Part shown: piece after piece, positions 1-19,413 of the stretch
Layout of the letters: each line of letters begins with the position of its first letter
How positions within the stretch are numbered: position 1 is the first letter of the stretch
Assembly (NCBI RefSeq): GCF_009914755.1
Contig: NC_060931.1
Source of the DNA: the human T2T-CHM13v2.0 reference genome, Homo sapiens
Reading direction: 5' to 3' (one strand)
DNA length: 64,000 bases
The notes under the pieces: generated by a model
Told to the model about the DNA's origin: nothing
The model's input: the letters and a program-made list of their open reading frames with translations, nothing else
Databases searched by the model: none
Translations under genes and position numbers: made by a program

Positions 1-83
1 AACATGAAGAATTATGAATTCTTTTACTTTCCGTTTTGAAAAGCACCGGCACTTCAAAATTCAGTGTGTGGTTTATAACTTAA

Positions 84-655
<572 letters not shown>

Positions 656-861
656 TTACAACAACAGAAAAATAGGTTTTGTTTTATTTTGCTCTAATAC
701 AGCCAAATTGTTATTTATCATGAAATTTGCAATAGAGAGGAGGAGGTGGCAGGAAAAAAAAGAAATTTGCAATATACCTTCTTTCAGTCCTTTTTTTTCC
801 CTTTCCTGTTATACGTCTACTTGATTCTGCCTCAATAGTATGACTTTGTTTACATTTTAAA

Positions 862-1148
862 TTTTTATTTTTTATTTTTTTGTGAGACAGAGTTTCACTC
901 TTGTCACCCAGGCTGGGGCGCAGTGACACAATCTCAGCTCACTGCAACCTTTGCTTCCTGGGTTCAAGCAATTCTCCTGCCCAAGTAGCTGGGATTACAG
1001 GCACCCGCCACCATGCCCGGCTAATTTCTGTATTTTTAGTAGAGATGGAGTTTCACCATGTTGGCCAGGCTGGTCCCGAACTCTTGACCTCAGGTGATCT
1101 GCCCTCACAAAGTGTTGGGATTACAGGCGTGAGCCATCGAGCTCGGCC
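862..1148 (-). mobile_element. Alu (AluS-like, small internal deletions)
   Basis: Reverse-complement Alu consensus with T-rich tail. Confidence 0.95.
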
Positions 1149-1355
1149 TGTTTTAAATTTTAAAATGCATCTGTACTTGTTTTTTAAACTGCAAAAATGA
1201 ATTAATTAAATCATAATGAAAATAAGAGTATTGTAATTTTTCCTACCCATCACAATGTACATAAGCATCACCATAACTAGCGCTATCTACATAAAATATT
1301 CAATCAATATACATATTACAATATTACAATGGTACATAGAAAATATTCAATTTGA

Positions 1356-1656
<301 letters not shown>

Positions 1657-1844
1657 AATATTCCAGTTGAATCAGATCATTGACATTGACTAGATGTGTC
1701 AATGTCATGTACGCCTAGTACATAATACTAGAAACAATTGCATAAGCCCAACTCTCATACCACAGTGCAAAAATAATATAACACAGTCATGAAAGAAATG
1801 CAGTTCTACCAAAATGATAAAGTTGTTTAATGGAGAAAATATTT

Positions 1845-1968
1845 TATTTTACTTTCATTTTAAATTTTAAATTAAGTAAAATTTAAAAGTCAGTTATTTT
1901 GCACTAGTCCCCTATCAAGCACTCAGCAGCCACATGTGGCTAGTACCTTCTACGTTGTACTACGCAGT
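1845..1968. mobile_element. hAT-Charlie MITE fragment (MER3/MER33-like)
   Basis: CTCAGCAGCCACATGTGGCTAGT...ACGCAG resembles the MER3/MER33 terminus. Confidence 0.6.
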
Positions 1969-2614
1969 TCTAGAATTTCATATAAATGGAATCATTTACT
2001 GTATGCTCTTTTTGGCATCTTTCATTCAACATAATTATTCTAAGATTCATGCATGTTATGTGTATCAATAGTTCATTCCTTTTTCTTGCTAAGTAGTACT
2101 CCATTGAATGGATATACCACAATTTTTTAATCTATTCATCCTGTTGATGGACATTTAGGTAGTTTTTAATGTTTGGCTATTACCAATAAAGATACTATGA
2201 GCATCTAGATCATAGTGTTTGTATGGACACATGCCTTCATTTTTCTTCAATAAATAACCTGGCAGTGGAATGCTATGTCATCTGGTAGGTATATACTTAA
2301 TCTTTTAAGCAACTGCTAAATTGTTTTCCAAAGTGGTTGTACCATTGTGCACTCCCACTAGCATTGTATGAGAGTTCCAGTCATTTTATATCTTTGTCAG
2401 CACTTATATGAGCAGCCCTTTTAATTTTAGCCATTCTAAGGAGGTGTTTAGTGGTATCCTCTTGTGGTTTTAAGTAGCATTCACTAATGACCAATCATAT
2501 AAAGCACTTGTTCATATACTGTACCTGTTTTGCCTTCTTTGGAGAAGTGTCTGTTCAATTTTTCCCCCACTTTGCCTGAGGAAGTTGGGGAAATAGACTA
2601 ACTGTTGAGTTTTA

Positions 2615-2984
<370 letters not shown>

Positions 2985-3710
2985 AATTTTTTCTTTCTGT
3001 AGCTTGTCATTTCATTTTAATAGTAATCTTTCAGAGAACAAAAGTTTATCATTTTAATGAAGTCCAATTAATCTTTTATTTTGCAAATTGTGGTTTTGAT
3101 ATTGTATCTAAGAACTCTTTGCCTAACCTAATGTCACAATTATTTTCTTCTATGTTTTCTTCTAAAAGTTTTAGTTTTACTTTTAGATCTGTGATCTTTT
3201 TGAGCTAATTTTTTTTTGCATAAGCTTTGAGGTTAGGTTGAAGTTCATTTATTTTTGCCAAATAATATGCAATGTTTCAGCACCATTTGTTATAAAGATT
3301 ATACTTATATGGAAATGTCTTTGCGCTTTTGTCAAAAATCTGTGGGCTGTATTTCTGTGTGTCTATTTCTATATTCTTTTGCATTGATGTATTCTGTTTC
3401 ATTCTATTGCATTGACCTGTGTCTCACTGCCAATACTACACTGTCTTAATTACTATAGCCTTATAGTAAGTCTTAAATTCAGGTAATATGAGTCCTCCAA
3501 CTGTATTCTTATTCAAATTTGCTCTGGCTATTCCAATTCCTTTGCATTTACATATACATTTTACAACCAGCTTGTATATATCTACAAAAATCCTGCTCAG
3601 ATTTTGATCTGTGTTTTGTTAAATCTACAGATCAGTTTGGGGTGCAGTGACATCCTACCTATATCAAGTCTTCTAATCTGTGAACATGGTGTGCCTCTTC
3701 GTTTATTTAG

Positions 3711-4042
<332 letters not shown>

Positions 4043-4274
4043 CAGATCTTTCTAGATTTCTTTTAAAAGCATTTTGACATTTCTAGCATAAATATTTTGC
4101 ACATGTTTTGTTAATTTTATACCTATGTATTTCATTGTTTTGGTGTTTTGTAAATGACGTTTTTAAAATTTCAGTTTCTAATCTTTTGTTGCTAGCACAT
4201 AAATACACAATTCTATGTTGCAAACTTAACAAACTTATTTATAGTTATAATATATTTTTCTTTCTGTAGATTCC

Positions 4275-5042
<768 letters not shown>

Positions 5043-6199
5043 TGAACAGGAGCAATGAGAATGAACATCCTTACCTTGTACCTTAACTTGGGGGAAAGCA
5101 TTCCGTCTTTTACCAGTATGACTTTAGCTCTGGATTTTTAGAGATGTCCTTTATCAGGTTGAGGAAGTTCCCTTTTATTCCTACTTTGATAAGAGTTTTT
5201 ATTTAGCATGGATGTTGAATCTTCTCAAATGCTTTTTCTGCATATGGTCATATGATATATTGATATGATCATATTGATATATTGATTATTTTAAGAAATG
5301 GATACATTGATCAATGTATTGATATAATTAGATGTTTTTTCTTCTGTTAATAAGCGGTTAATAAGAAACACTGCATTGATTAATTTCAGATATTGAACCA
5401 GCCTTGCATTGCTGATATAAAACTGCCTTTGTTGTGATTTATTACTATTTTATATATTGATGCATTCAATTTGCTACTTTTCTTGAGGATTTCTTTTGTC
5501 TATGTTCATACAGACTATTGGTCTGTGTAGGCTTCTGTTTTTGTACTAGCATAGTCCAGTTTTGGTGTAAAGGTAATGCTGGCTTTATACAACAATTTTG
5601 GAAGTATTCACTCCCCTATTTTCTGGAAAAAAAAAAGTGTAGAATTGTTGTTTTTTCTTTTTTAAATCTTTAGTAAAAATTCTCTGCAGAAATTATCTGG
5701 GCCTTGAGATTTCCTCTGAAAGGTTGTTTTTTTTTTGACAACAAATTCAATTTCTTTAATAGTATGGGACTATTCAAATTATCTATTTTACCTTGTGTGA
5801 GTTTTGTAGTTTGTGGTTTTTGAGAAATTGGTTCATTTCATCTAAGTTGTCAAATTTATGAGTATAGACTTGCTCATAATATCCCCTTATTATCCTTCTA
5901 ACACTTGTGAAATTTGTAGTGATATCATGTATTTCATTCCCAATATTGATAATTTATGTCTTGTTTCCTTTCTTTTCTCTCTCTTTTTTTTTTTTTTTTG
6001 TTATTTGGCTAGAGGTTTAGGAATTTTACACATCTTTTCAAATAATTAGCTTTTGGTTTAATTGGTTTCGCTATTGTTTTCAATTTCATTGGTTGCTGCT
6101 CTTACCTTTGTTACTTCCTTCTTTGTGCTTGCCTTGAGTTTATTTTACTCTTCGTTTTACAGTTTCTTGAAACAGTTTAGGTTATTGATTTGAGAACTT

Positions 6200-6355
6200 T
6201 CTTCCTCCTCCTCCTCCTCTTCCTCCTCTTTCTATTTCACTTCTTCTTCTCCTCCTTTTCCTTCTCTTTCTCTTTTTCCTTCTCTTTCTCTTTCTCCTCC
6301 TTCTCCTCTCCTTCTCCTCCATCTCCTCCCCTTCCTTCTGCTTTCTTCTTCTCCT
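6200..6355. repeat. Polypyrimidine (CT-rich) tract, expanded tail of the adjacent AluJ
   Basis: (TCC)n/(TTCTCT)n with almost no purines on the + strand. Confidence 0.9.
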
Positions 6356-6640
6356 GTGACAGCGTCTCACTCTGTCACCTAGGCTGGAGTACCATGACGG
6401 AATCCCAGCTCACTGCAGCCTCAAACTCATGGCTGAAGTGATTCTCTTGCTTCAGCCTCCCGAGTAGCTGGGACTACAGGTATGTGCCACCACACCAGGC
6501 TAATTTCAAAAAAAATTTTTGTAGACACAGCATCTTGTTATGTTGCCTAGGCTAATCTTGAACTCCTAACCTCAAGCAATCCTCACACCTTGGCGTCCCA
6601 ACATGTTGGGATTACAGGTGTAGGCCTCTGTGCCTAGCCT
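6356..6640 (-). mobile_element. AluJ-like
   Basis: Reverse-complement Alu dimer. Confidence 0.9.
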
Positions 6641-6966
6641 CTTATTTTCTAATATAATCATTTAATTACATAAATTCCCCTTTAATTTGGCTGCATCCTG
6701 TATATTTTGACATGTTCTATTTTCATTTTCATTCAAATTAAAGTATTTTCTACTTCTCTTGAGACTTCCCCTTTCACCCAGGATTATGTAGAAGTGTGTA
6801 GTTATTTTCTAGGCATTTGAATATTTTTTAGTGTTCTATTACTGACTTCTAGTTAAATTCTATTATCATCAGAAAGCATACTTTATGTAATTTTAAATTA
6901 TAAACACTTTTTTGGGTTTATTTTATGACCAAGGACATGGTCTATCTCAGTGAATGTTCCATGTGC

Positions 6967-7148
6967 TTTTTTTTTTTTTTTTTTTTTTTTTAGAGATGGG
7001 TCTCGGCTATGTTACCCCAGCTGGAGTGCAGTGGCTGTTCCCAGCACAATCATAGTGCACTACAGCCTCCAACTCCTGGGTTCAAATGATCCTCGTGCCT
7101 CAGCCTCCTGAATAGCTGGGATTGCAGGCACGTGCCATCATGCCTGGC
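6967..7148 (-). mobile_element. Alu right monomer (FRAM/AluJ-like)
   Basis: Long poly-T then a single arm; ATGTGC on both sides. Confidence 0.85.
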
Positions 7149-7567
7149 TATGTGCCTTCAAAAAGACTACAGTTGTGGATGGGAGTGTTTCATCAGTGTT
7201 AGTTGGTTTATGATTGTGTTTAGTTCTATATCCTAGCTGATTTTCTATCTGTTCTGTCCATACCTGAAGAGGAGCATTGGTGTTTCCAACTATAATTGTG
7301 AATTTGTCTTTTTCTCCTCAAGTTCTGTCAGTTTTGCTTTATATATTTGAGGTTCTGTTTTTAGATGTGTATACATTTTAAATGGTGTTGCCTTGGGTCT
7401 TTACCATTATGTAATGTCCCTCTTAATCTATAGTAAATTTCCTTGCTTTGAGGTATACTTTGTCTTATGTAAATATAACCACTTCGGTTTTCCTTTGACC
7501 AGCATTTACATAACATATCTTTTTCCATTTTTAAACTTATAGCCTACCTATATTAAAATGTATAGTC

Positions 7568-7900
7568 AGACCAGGCGCAGTGGCTCATGCCTATAATCCC
7601 AGCACTTTGGGAAGCCGAGGCAAGCGGATCACTTGAGGCCAGGAGTTAGAGACCAGCCTGGGCAACATGACAAAACCTTGTCTCTACCAAAAATGCAAAA
7701 AAATTAGCCAGGTGTGGCAGCGCGTACCTGTAGTCCCAGCTACTCAGGAGGCTGAAGAACGAAGATTGCTTGAACCCGGGAGGCAGAGGTTGCAATGAGC
7801 CAAGATGGTGCCACTGCACTCCAGCCTGGGTGAAAGAGCAAGACTCTGTCTCAAAAAAATAAAATAAAATAAAACAAATAAAACAACAGCAACAACAAAA
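7568..7900 (+). mobile_element. Alu
   Basis: Full dimer; TSD AAAATGTATAGTCA. Confidence 0.95.
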
Positions 7901-8047
7901 TGTATAGTCATGTCTTTTAAAAAAAAACTCTTCTGTCAATCTTTGTCTTTTAGTTGGTGTGATTAGAACATTTACATTCATTGTTATTGTTGATGTACTT
8001 GGATTTAGGTCTATCATTTTATTCATTATTTTCTGTTTGCTCTCTAT

Positions 8048-8352
8048 GTTTGTTTGTTTGTTTGAGACAGGAGACAAGGTCTTGCTCTGTCGCCCAGGCT
8101 GAAGTGCAGTGGTGCGATCTCAGTTCACCGCAATCTCTGCCTCCTGGGCTCAAGCGATCCTCGTGCCTCAGCCTCCTGAGTGGCTGGGACCACAGGCACC
8201 CACCACCATGCCCCACTACGTTTAGTATTTTTAGTAGAGACAGGGTTTCACTGTGTTGACCAGGCTGGTCTCAAACTTCTGGCCTCAGGTGATCTGCCCG
8301 CCTCGGCCTCCCAAAGTGCTGGGATTACAGGCGTGAGCCACTGAGACCGGCT
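8048..8352 (-). mobile_element. Alu
   Basis: (GTTT)n tail plus reverse-complement dimer. Confidence 0.93.
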
Positions 8353-8749
8353 GCTCTGTTTTTTTATTCCTCACTGTTTCCTTTCCTGCCTTCTTTTGGG
8401 TTATTTGAATATTGCTTTAGTATTCAATTTTAATTTATCACTTGATTATTTTACTATATCTTTTTGTATAGTATTCTTTTAGTGGTGGCTCTAAAAATTA
8501 CAATATGTACACCAAACTTTTTACTTTCTGCTTAGAATTAATATTTTACTACTTGTAAAATGTAGGAACCTGGCTATCGTGTAGGTTCCTTTCCCCTATC
8601 CTTACTATGTTGTAGTTATCAGATTATTCCATCTACAAACATTGAAAACTCCAGTAGAATCTAAAACTGTTCTAAAAAATAAAGCTTATTTTTAAAATAC
8701 TTATTAGACAATATTATACTTTTTGCTTTCAATAATCATACATATTTTA

Positions 8750-9050
8750 GGCTGGGCGCAGTGGCTCACGCCTGTAATCCAAGCACTTTGGGAGGCTGAG
8801 GCAGTGGATCACCTGAGGTCAGGAGTTCAAGACCAGCCTGGACAAAATGGTGAAACCCCATCTCTACTAAAAATACAAAAATTAGCTGGGCATGGTGGCG
8901 TGTGCCTGCAATCTCAGCTATTTGGGAGGCTGAGTCAAGAGAATGGCTTGAACCCAGGAGGCAGAGGCTGCAGTGAGCCGAGATTGCACCACTGCACTTT
9001 AGCCTGGGTGACAAAGTGAGACTCAGTCTCAAAAAAAAAAAAAAAAAAAA
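8750..9050 (+). mobile_element. Alu (AluSx-like)
   Basis: Full dimer with poly-A; TSD TCA(T/C)ACATATTT. Confidence 0.95.
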
Positions 9051-9705
9051 GTCACACATATTTCAAAGAACTTAAGTGGGAAAAATAGTCCATTTTATGT
9101 GCCCAGATATTTATCATTTCTGTTGCTCTTCCTGAGGTTTCAAGACTCCCTCTGGTATTATTCCTCTCTTGAATAAATAACTTTCTTTAGCATTTCTTTT
9201 AGTATAGTTTTGCTGTCAGTGGATTCTCTTAGTTTTTCTTAATCTCAAAATGTCTTTATTTTACATTCATTCCTGCGGGATGTTTTTACTAGATATATAA
9301 TATTCTGGGTTGACCTTTCTTTTCCTTCAGCACTTCCATGGGTTGTGTTATTTCCTTCTGGCCTTCATGGTTTCAGATGATAAATCCCTAGTCGTTCAAA
9401 TAACTGTTATTATCTACGTGATATGTCATTTTTCTGACTGTGTTCAAGATAGTTTCTTTGTCTTTAGTTTTCAGCAGTGTGATTATGATGTGTCTGGGTA
9501 CGGATTTCTTTGAGATGATCTTAACTGGAGTTTGCTAAGCTTCTTGAATCTGTAAGCTTTTTTATTTTTCCAGGTTTCAGAAGTTTTAAACTATTATTTC
9601 TTCAAATATCTTTTGCACCACATTCTTTTACTCTGTTGAGACTATTTGTTGTTGCTGGTTTTTTTCCCCCCAATCTGTTTCCTCTCTGTAGTTCATGTTG
9701 GATAA

Positions 9706-9994
9706 TTTTTTTTTTCTTTTTTGAGACAGGATCTCATTCTGTCACCCAGGCTGGAGTGCAGTGGTGCGATCACAGCTCACTGCAGCCTCGACCTCCCCAG
9801 GCTCAAGAGATCCTCCCATCTCAGCCTCCCAAGGAGCTGGGACTACAGGTACCCACCATCCGCCCATCTAATTTTTTTTTTGTATTTTTCAGAGATGGGG
9901 TTTCACCATGTTGGCCAGGCTATTCTCAAATTCCTGGGCTTAAGTGATCTACCACCTTGGCCTCCCAAAGTGCTGGGATTACAAATGTGAGCCA
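9706..9994 (-). mobile_element. AluJ-like
   Basis: Reverse-complement dimer. Confidence 0.9.
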
Positions 9995-10213
9995 TCAAAT
10001 AACGTTTTAAAACCTGTTTTCAAGTCTACTAGCTCTTTCTTCAGTCATACACATTGTGCTACTGAACTCATTGAGTTAATTGTAAAACTCGATGATTGTA
10101 TATTTTCAGTTCTAAAATTTCTATTTAGTTCTTTTTTGTATCTTCTATTTTCCTGTTGAGGGTTTCTATCTTTCTCCTCATTTAAAAAATATTTTCCCTT
10201 AGAAAAGTAGTTA

Positions 10214-10535
<322 letters not shown>

Positions 10536-11534
10536 AGTTAAATAGCTACTTTAAAATCCTGGTTTGATAATTCCAACATCTGTGCCATCTTGTGGTTGGC
10601 ATCTGTTAATTATCTTTTTCCATGTAAGATGTTTAGATTTTCCTAGTTCTTTATATATTGGATAATTTTGAATTGTGCTTTGGATGTCTCAAACATATTG
10701 TTATGTGGTTCTGAGTCTTGCTTAAATGCTATGGAGAAGTTTAATTTAAAAAAAAAAAGACAATGAATTTGGTTAGGTTCAAGCTGCAACTTCCTACCTG
10801 CACTCTGTGAGCTGTTGTTACAATGTCAGTTTACTTCCCAAATACTTTGCAGTACTATTCAGATATGTCCTGAGTAAAAAAAAAAAAAAAAAAAAAAAGT
10901 CTTTTTAAAAAGATGAGCAAATCTCTTTTTTTTACCATGCAGTGGCCAGCCTGGAACCTGGGGAGTGGTCCGTCCTGTAATTTCTTTCTGAAAGCCTGTG
11001 CTGTTTAGGGTCAAATGCACACACACACAGCTCAGGGGTGAGCAGAGGAGTTTATATAAATTGTTTATCAAATTGTCATCTCTAGCTCCCTCTTCTCATC
11101 AATTTCACTGACACTTTTCAGCCCCCAAGGGCCCCTCCGTAGTCCTCTATAAAGCCAGGGCTTCAGTTTCTCTGCTCTGCCACATACTTCTTATGACTGT
11201 GTCTTTCTGCAGTGCCAAGTGGCAAGAGCATAGAGAGAAAGACAGCAACAGGAACCCCTCCAGCAGTCTTGGGCCACAGACTCTTGAGAGAAGTGTTCCC
11301 TCTCAAAACATTTGGTGGCTCTCCAACTGCTTTTGCCTGTCTCACCGTGTCATGGGATTGCCTGGAAGCTGGGGCAGCAGGGAATGGCAATTAACACCGA
11401 AAACCAACCAACCAACAAAAACAACATCACAAAACACAAACTGGGGCTGTCTCCATTCTTCCTGATCTTCAGGGGACCCTGAACCACCAATAGAGAGCTT
11501 CTCTTAGAGCTCTTTCTGTCTGTACCTGGTTTAC

Positions 11535-11716
11535 CATCTTAGCCTCCTGAGTGGTTGGGAACCACAGGTGCACGCCACCAAGCCCAGCTAATTTTTATAT
11601 ATATTTTGTAGAGATGGGGTCTTGCTGTGTTGCCTAGGTTGGTCTCAAACTCCTGGCCTCAAGAACCTCGGCTTCCCAAAGTGCTGGGATTACAGGCATG
11701 AGCCACCATGCCTGGC
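11535..11716 (-). mobile_element. Partial AluJ-like
   Basis: Left arm and part of the right arm, reverse complement. Confidence 0.85.
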
Positions 11717-11920
11717 CAAAATTTTAATTTTTTATGTAAATCTTTCTGATAAAAATTTCAGGTCCGATGGCTCAACTGGTAAATCCTATCAAATAATTAA
11801 GGAGGGAGTAATACGAATCCCACCAAAACTTTTAGAAAACATAGAAGAGAACACTTCCTAAGTAATTTTATCAGGCCAGTGTTAACTCTGATACCAAAAC
11901 CAAACACCTAACAAATAGAC

Positions 11921-12137
11921 CAGGAGTCAGCAAACCATGGCTTGTGGGGCCAAACCAGACTACGATCTGTTTCTGTAAATAAAGTTTTATTGAAACACAG
12001 CCACAATTATTAAAGTACATACTGTCTCTTCCTATTTTCCTATTACAGTGGTTGAGTAGTTATAGCAGAAATTATATGACCTGCAAAGCCTCAAATATTT
12101 ACTGACTCTTTACAGAACAAGGTCTGCTGGTCCCTGA
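11921..12137 (+). mobile_element. MER58A-like DNA transposon inserted in the L1
   Basis: CAGGAGTCAGCAAAC...GTAAATAAAGTTTTATTGAAACACAGCCAC...CCCTG. Confidence 0.8.
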
Positions 12138-12399
12138 TATGGACCAGCAGCCTTCATGGAAAAAGATGCAAAAATGCTTTAGAAAGATTAGCAAGTCAAA
12201 CCCAATAAATAAAAGAGATAAAATATCAAGGTCAAGTGAAATGTATTCCAGAAATACAATGTTGCTTTAACAAAGAAAACAAAAATAAGCCAATGTAACG
12301 CAATATATTAGCAGAAGAAAGGTTTAAAATGCATGATCATCTCAATAGTTGCAGAAAAGAAGCATTTGATAACATTCAGAATCCATTCATTATTATAAT

Positions 12400-12690
12400 T
12401 TTTTTTTGAGAGAGAGAGAGTCTTGCTCCATTGCCCAGGCTGGAGAGCAGTGGTGTGATCTCGGCTCCCTGAAACCTCCACCTCCCAGGCGCAAGCAATT
12501 CTCGTGCCTCAGCCACTCCAGTAGCTAGGACTACAGGAAGGCGCCACCATGCCCAACTAATTTTTGTATTTTTAGTAGAGATGGGGTTTTGCCATGTTGG
12601 CCAGGCTGGTCTCGAACTCCTGGCCTCAAGTGATCCACTCCTCAGCCTCCCAAAGTGCTAGGATTATAGGCATGAGCCACCGTGCATGCC
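12400..12690 (-). mobile_element. Alu
   Basis: Reverse-complement dimer. Confidence 0.93.
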
Positions 12691-13094
12691 CCATTGATAA
12701 TTAAAAAAAGAAAAAAAAAAGAATTCAGCAAACTAAATATAAAAGGGGACTGTCTCAACGGCAAAAAATATAGCTACAAAAACTTAAAGCTAATGTCTTA
12801 ATGGGTAAAGTATGAATGATTTCTCTCTAAGATTAGAAACAAGGCAAACATGTCCACTCTCGCTGTTTGCATTTAGCATGGTACTGGAGGTTCTAGCTTG
12901 TGCAATAATAAAAGAAGAAAAAATAAAAGGCATACCAATTGGAAAGGAGGAAGAAACACTGTCCTTATTGCAGACAACATGATCATCTATGTAGAAAATC
13001 CTAGGAAATAGGAAATAAGCTACTAGAACTAATAAGTTAGCAGAACAAAGTGTCAATTGAATTTCCATATGCTAGCTCAAACAGTGGGAACTGA

Positions 13095-13447
<353 letters not shown>

Positions 13448-13454
13448 TGATCTC

Positions 13455-14405
<951 letters not shown>

Positions 14406-15003
14406 TTACAAAAAAGGAACAAAGAAAAAAAAGAATACAAAGTTTTAAATTTTGATGAACTCCAATTTATGAATTTTTTCTTTTATTACTTGTGCTTTAG
14501 GTGTCATATCTAAGAAACCATTGCCTAACTCAAGGTCATAAAGATTTATACTTATCTTTTCTTCTAAGAGTTTTGTCGCTTTAGCTCTTATATTTGGGTC
14601 TATGATCTATTTTGAGTTAAGTTTTGTATATGGAATGAGGTAGGGGCTCAAATTCATTCTTTTGCATGTGGATATACAGTTGTCTCTCACCATTTGTTGA
14701 AAAGACTAACATTCTTGTCAAAAATCAATTGACTGTGAATGTGTGGGCTTATTTCTAGAGTCTCAATTTTATTCTATTAATCCAATGTAGATTCTTAAGT
14801 CACTACCATGATGTTTTCATTATTACAGCTTTCTAGTAAGTTTTAAAGTCAAGAAATGTGAGTCTTCCAATTTTTTTCATCTTTTTCAAGATTATTTTGT
14901 AATTCTGAGTCCCTTGCATTTCCATATGAATTTTAGAAGCAGCGTGTCAATTTCTACAACAGAGGCAGCTGAGATTTTGATAAGGATTAAATTGAATCCA
15001 TAG

Positions 15004-15411
<408 letters not shown>

Positions 15412-16566
15412 TAATTTCTTTCAACTGTGTTTTGTGGTTGTCAGAGTATGTCTTGTGCTTGTTTTATTAAATTTATTCCTAAGTATTTTATTTTTATGTT
15501 ATTATAAATGGAATTGTTTTCTTAATCTAATTTTTTGGATTGTTCATTTCCAAAAAATATAACAGATTTTTATATATTTATCTTGTATTCTACAACCTTG
15601 CTGAACTCATTTATTAGTTCTAATAGTTGTGTGTGTGTATATATGTCTGTGTGTTTGTGTAATCCTGAGGATTTTCTCTATACAAGGCCACATTCTCTGC
15701 AAATAGAGGCAGTTATACTTAATCCTTTCTAATCTGGATGCCTTTATTTCTTTCTCCTGCCCTGGCTAGAACATCTGATGCAATGTGGAATATAAGTGTT
15801 GACAGGGGACATTCTTGTCTTGTTTTTGATCTTAGGAAGAAAGCTTTCTACCTTTCATCACTGTGTATGATGATAGGTGGGTTTTTATGGATGTCTTTTT
15901 TCAGGTTGAGAAATTATCCTTCTATTCCTAGTTTGGAGATTGTTTTTATCACAAAAGGGTGTTGGATTTTGACAATGCTTTTTCTACATCTATTGAGACG
16001 ATGATATGGTTTTGCCTTTTATTCCATTAATAGGGTGTATTAACTGCATTGATTTTTGTACACTGAGGCAAACTTACATTCCTGGCATAAATCTCACTTG
16101 ATCATTGGTATATAATCCTTTTTGTATGTTAGTGAATTCATTTTCTAGTATTTTGCTGAGAATTTTTTTGTCTTTATTTGTAAGAATTATTGGTCTATAG
16201 TTTTCTTTTCTTGTTTTGTCTTTGTGTGGTTTTGGTGTCAGGACCTCAGAATGAGTTGGAAAATTTCCCCCCTATTTTTGGAAAGGTTTTTGGAGGATTG
16301 ATATTAATTCTTCTTTAAATGTTTGGCAGAAATCATCAGTGAAGCCATCTGGTCCTGGGTTTTTCTTTGCAAGGAGTTCTTTTGTGTTTGTTTTGCTTTG
16401 TTTTGTTTTGTTTTAATTATTAATTCAATCTCTTGTTATAGATATTTTGAGATTTTTAATTTCTTTTTGTGTCTGTTCTAATAGCTTGAGGCTTTGTAAG
16501 AATTTGTCCCTGGGATACAATTGTTCATAGTATTCCCTTATAATTCTCTATCCTTCTGTAAGGTTA

Positions 16567-17006
<440 letters not shown>

Positions 17007-17430
17007 CTATTGCTTTTCTGTCTCTATTTCATTTATTTCCCCTTAATCTATATTATTTCTTTCTTTGTATTTGCTTTGAGTTTAACTTTGTTCCTCTTTT
17101 TCTTGTTTCTTAGGGTAGAAGTTTAGGTTATTGATTTGAGATCTTGCTTCATTTTTAATATAGGAATTTACAGCGCTATGTTTTCCTTCTAAACTTCTAT
17201 TTATTCTTGAGCCAGTTTTGGTCATTTGTGTCTTCAAAGAATTTGTCCATGCTACTTGAGCTATCAAATGTACTGGCATGCTATTGCTCATAACATTCCC
17301 TTATTATCTGTTTCATGTACACAGAAGCTTTAGTAATGTCTCTTCTTTCATGACTAATATTGATAATGCAGTATTCTCCATTTTTGGTTTAAAGAATATA
17401 GCTTGAGTCTTATCAGTGGTGGTGAGAGAC

Positions 17431-17958
17431 TGTGGTGGCCCTATGAGTCCCACCTCCTGCCATCACACCTTTGTGTGGCCTCCCCTTGAGCGTGGATGTG
17501 ACTTGTGACTTGCTTCTAAATCATAGAATATAACACAGGTGAAGGCATGTACATGATGACGTGTATGTGATTACATTATGTAAGATAATAATCCATCTTG
17601 CTAGGACACTCTTGTCCTCCCCACCATACACCTAATGGCTTTGAGGAAGTAAGCTGCCATGTGGCAAGGAGATGGGAGTGGCCTCTGGCTGACAGCCAGG
17701 TGGAAACTGAAGCTCTTGGTCCAGCAGCCTGCAAGGAACTGAATTCTGTCAACCACCACATGAGTTAGAAGTCGATTCTCCACCAGTTGGCCTCAGATGA
17801 GACACCTTGATTGCAACTTAGTGAGCTAGAAGCAGAGGACCTAGCTAAGCTGTGCCTGGACTCCTGGCCCCCAGAAACTATGAGAAAATAAATACATGTT
17901 GTTTAAAGCCACTGTTTGCGGTGGTTGTGTTGCTACACAGCAATAGATAATGAATACA
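17431..17958 (+). mobile_element. MLT1E/F-like solo LTR
   Basis: TG...CA ends; GACTTGTGACTTGCTTCT, AAGGAACTGAATTCTG, GCAATAGATAATGAATACA. Confidence 0.8.
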
Positions 17959-18118
17959 TCAACACTTGGACTTTTCAAAGAAACTGCTTTTGGTATCAGT
18001 GATTTTCTTCATTATTGGTTCATTTTCTATTCAATTGATTTCTGCTTTTTATGATTCGTATTTTTCTACATCAGGTTTAATTTGCTCTTTCATTTTCTAG
18101 CATGTAAGGTAGACCCTT

Positions 18119-18447
18119 GGCTGGGTGCAGTGGCTCATGCCTGTAACCCTAGCACTTTGGGAGGTCAAGGTAGGAGGATTACTTGAGCCTAGGAGTTTGA
18201 GACTAGGCCTGACAATATAGCAAGACAGTGTCCCTACCAAAAAAAAAAAAATGAATTAATTAAAAAATTAGCTGGGTGAAGTGGCATATGCCTGTACTCC
18301 CAGCTACTTAGGAGGCTGAGGTAAGAGGATTGCTTGAACCTGGGAGGTCGAGGCTGCAGTGAGCTCTGGTTGTACCACTGCACTCCAGCCTGGGCAACAG
18401 AGCGAGACCCTGTCACACACACACAGACACACACACACACACACACA
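18119..18447 (+). mobile_element. AluJ-like with (CA)n tail
   Basis: Dimer ending GAGACCCTGT(CA)n. Confidence 0.92.
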
Positions 18448-18918
18448 GGTAGAACCATCACTCATTTATTTTAGAGCTTTCTTCTTGTGTATAACAATTA
18501 GAGCTATAAATTGCCCTCAAAGCGTTGCTTAAGGCTGCACCCCTCAAATATTAATAGGTTGTTTTTTCATTTCTATTTAATTCAAGATATTTTCTAATTT
18601 CCCATGCGATTTCTTCTTTGACCTATGGGTTATTTAGAAGTATGATAATTTCCTAATATTTGCAAATTTTCCAGATCTTAGAACTCACTTTATTTCTCTT
18701 CTCTTGGGGATCACGTCTCAGCACTGCCTATGGTTCACATCAGACAACTGCCGTTTCACGTATTTTGTTTGGTTTTCCAGTTTTTAAGATAGAAGGATCA
18801 ATCCAGTTCCCGTCGTTCCATGTGGCTAGATGCGAAGTGATATGTTTGGGTTTAACTCTACCTGCTTGCTATTTGTTTATTTGTTTCCTCTGTTCTTTGC
18901 TTATTTTCCTACCTTCCT

Positions 18919-19413
<495 letters not shown>

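Noticed and set aside
6182-6441. Arg/Lys-rich and Phe/Ser-rich ORFs (also 40419-40915)
   Set aside because: Translations of polypurine/polypyrimidine Alu-tail expansions.
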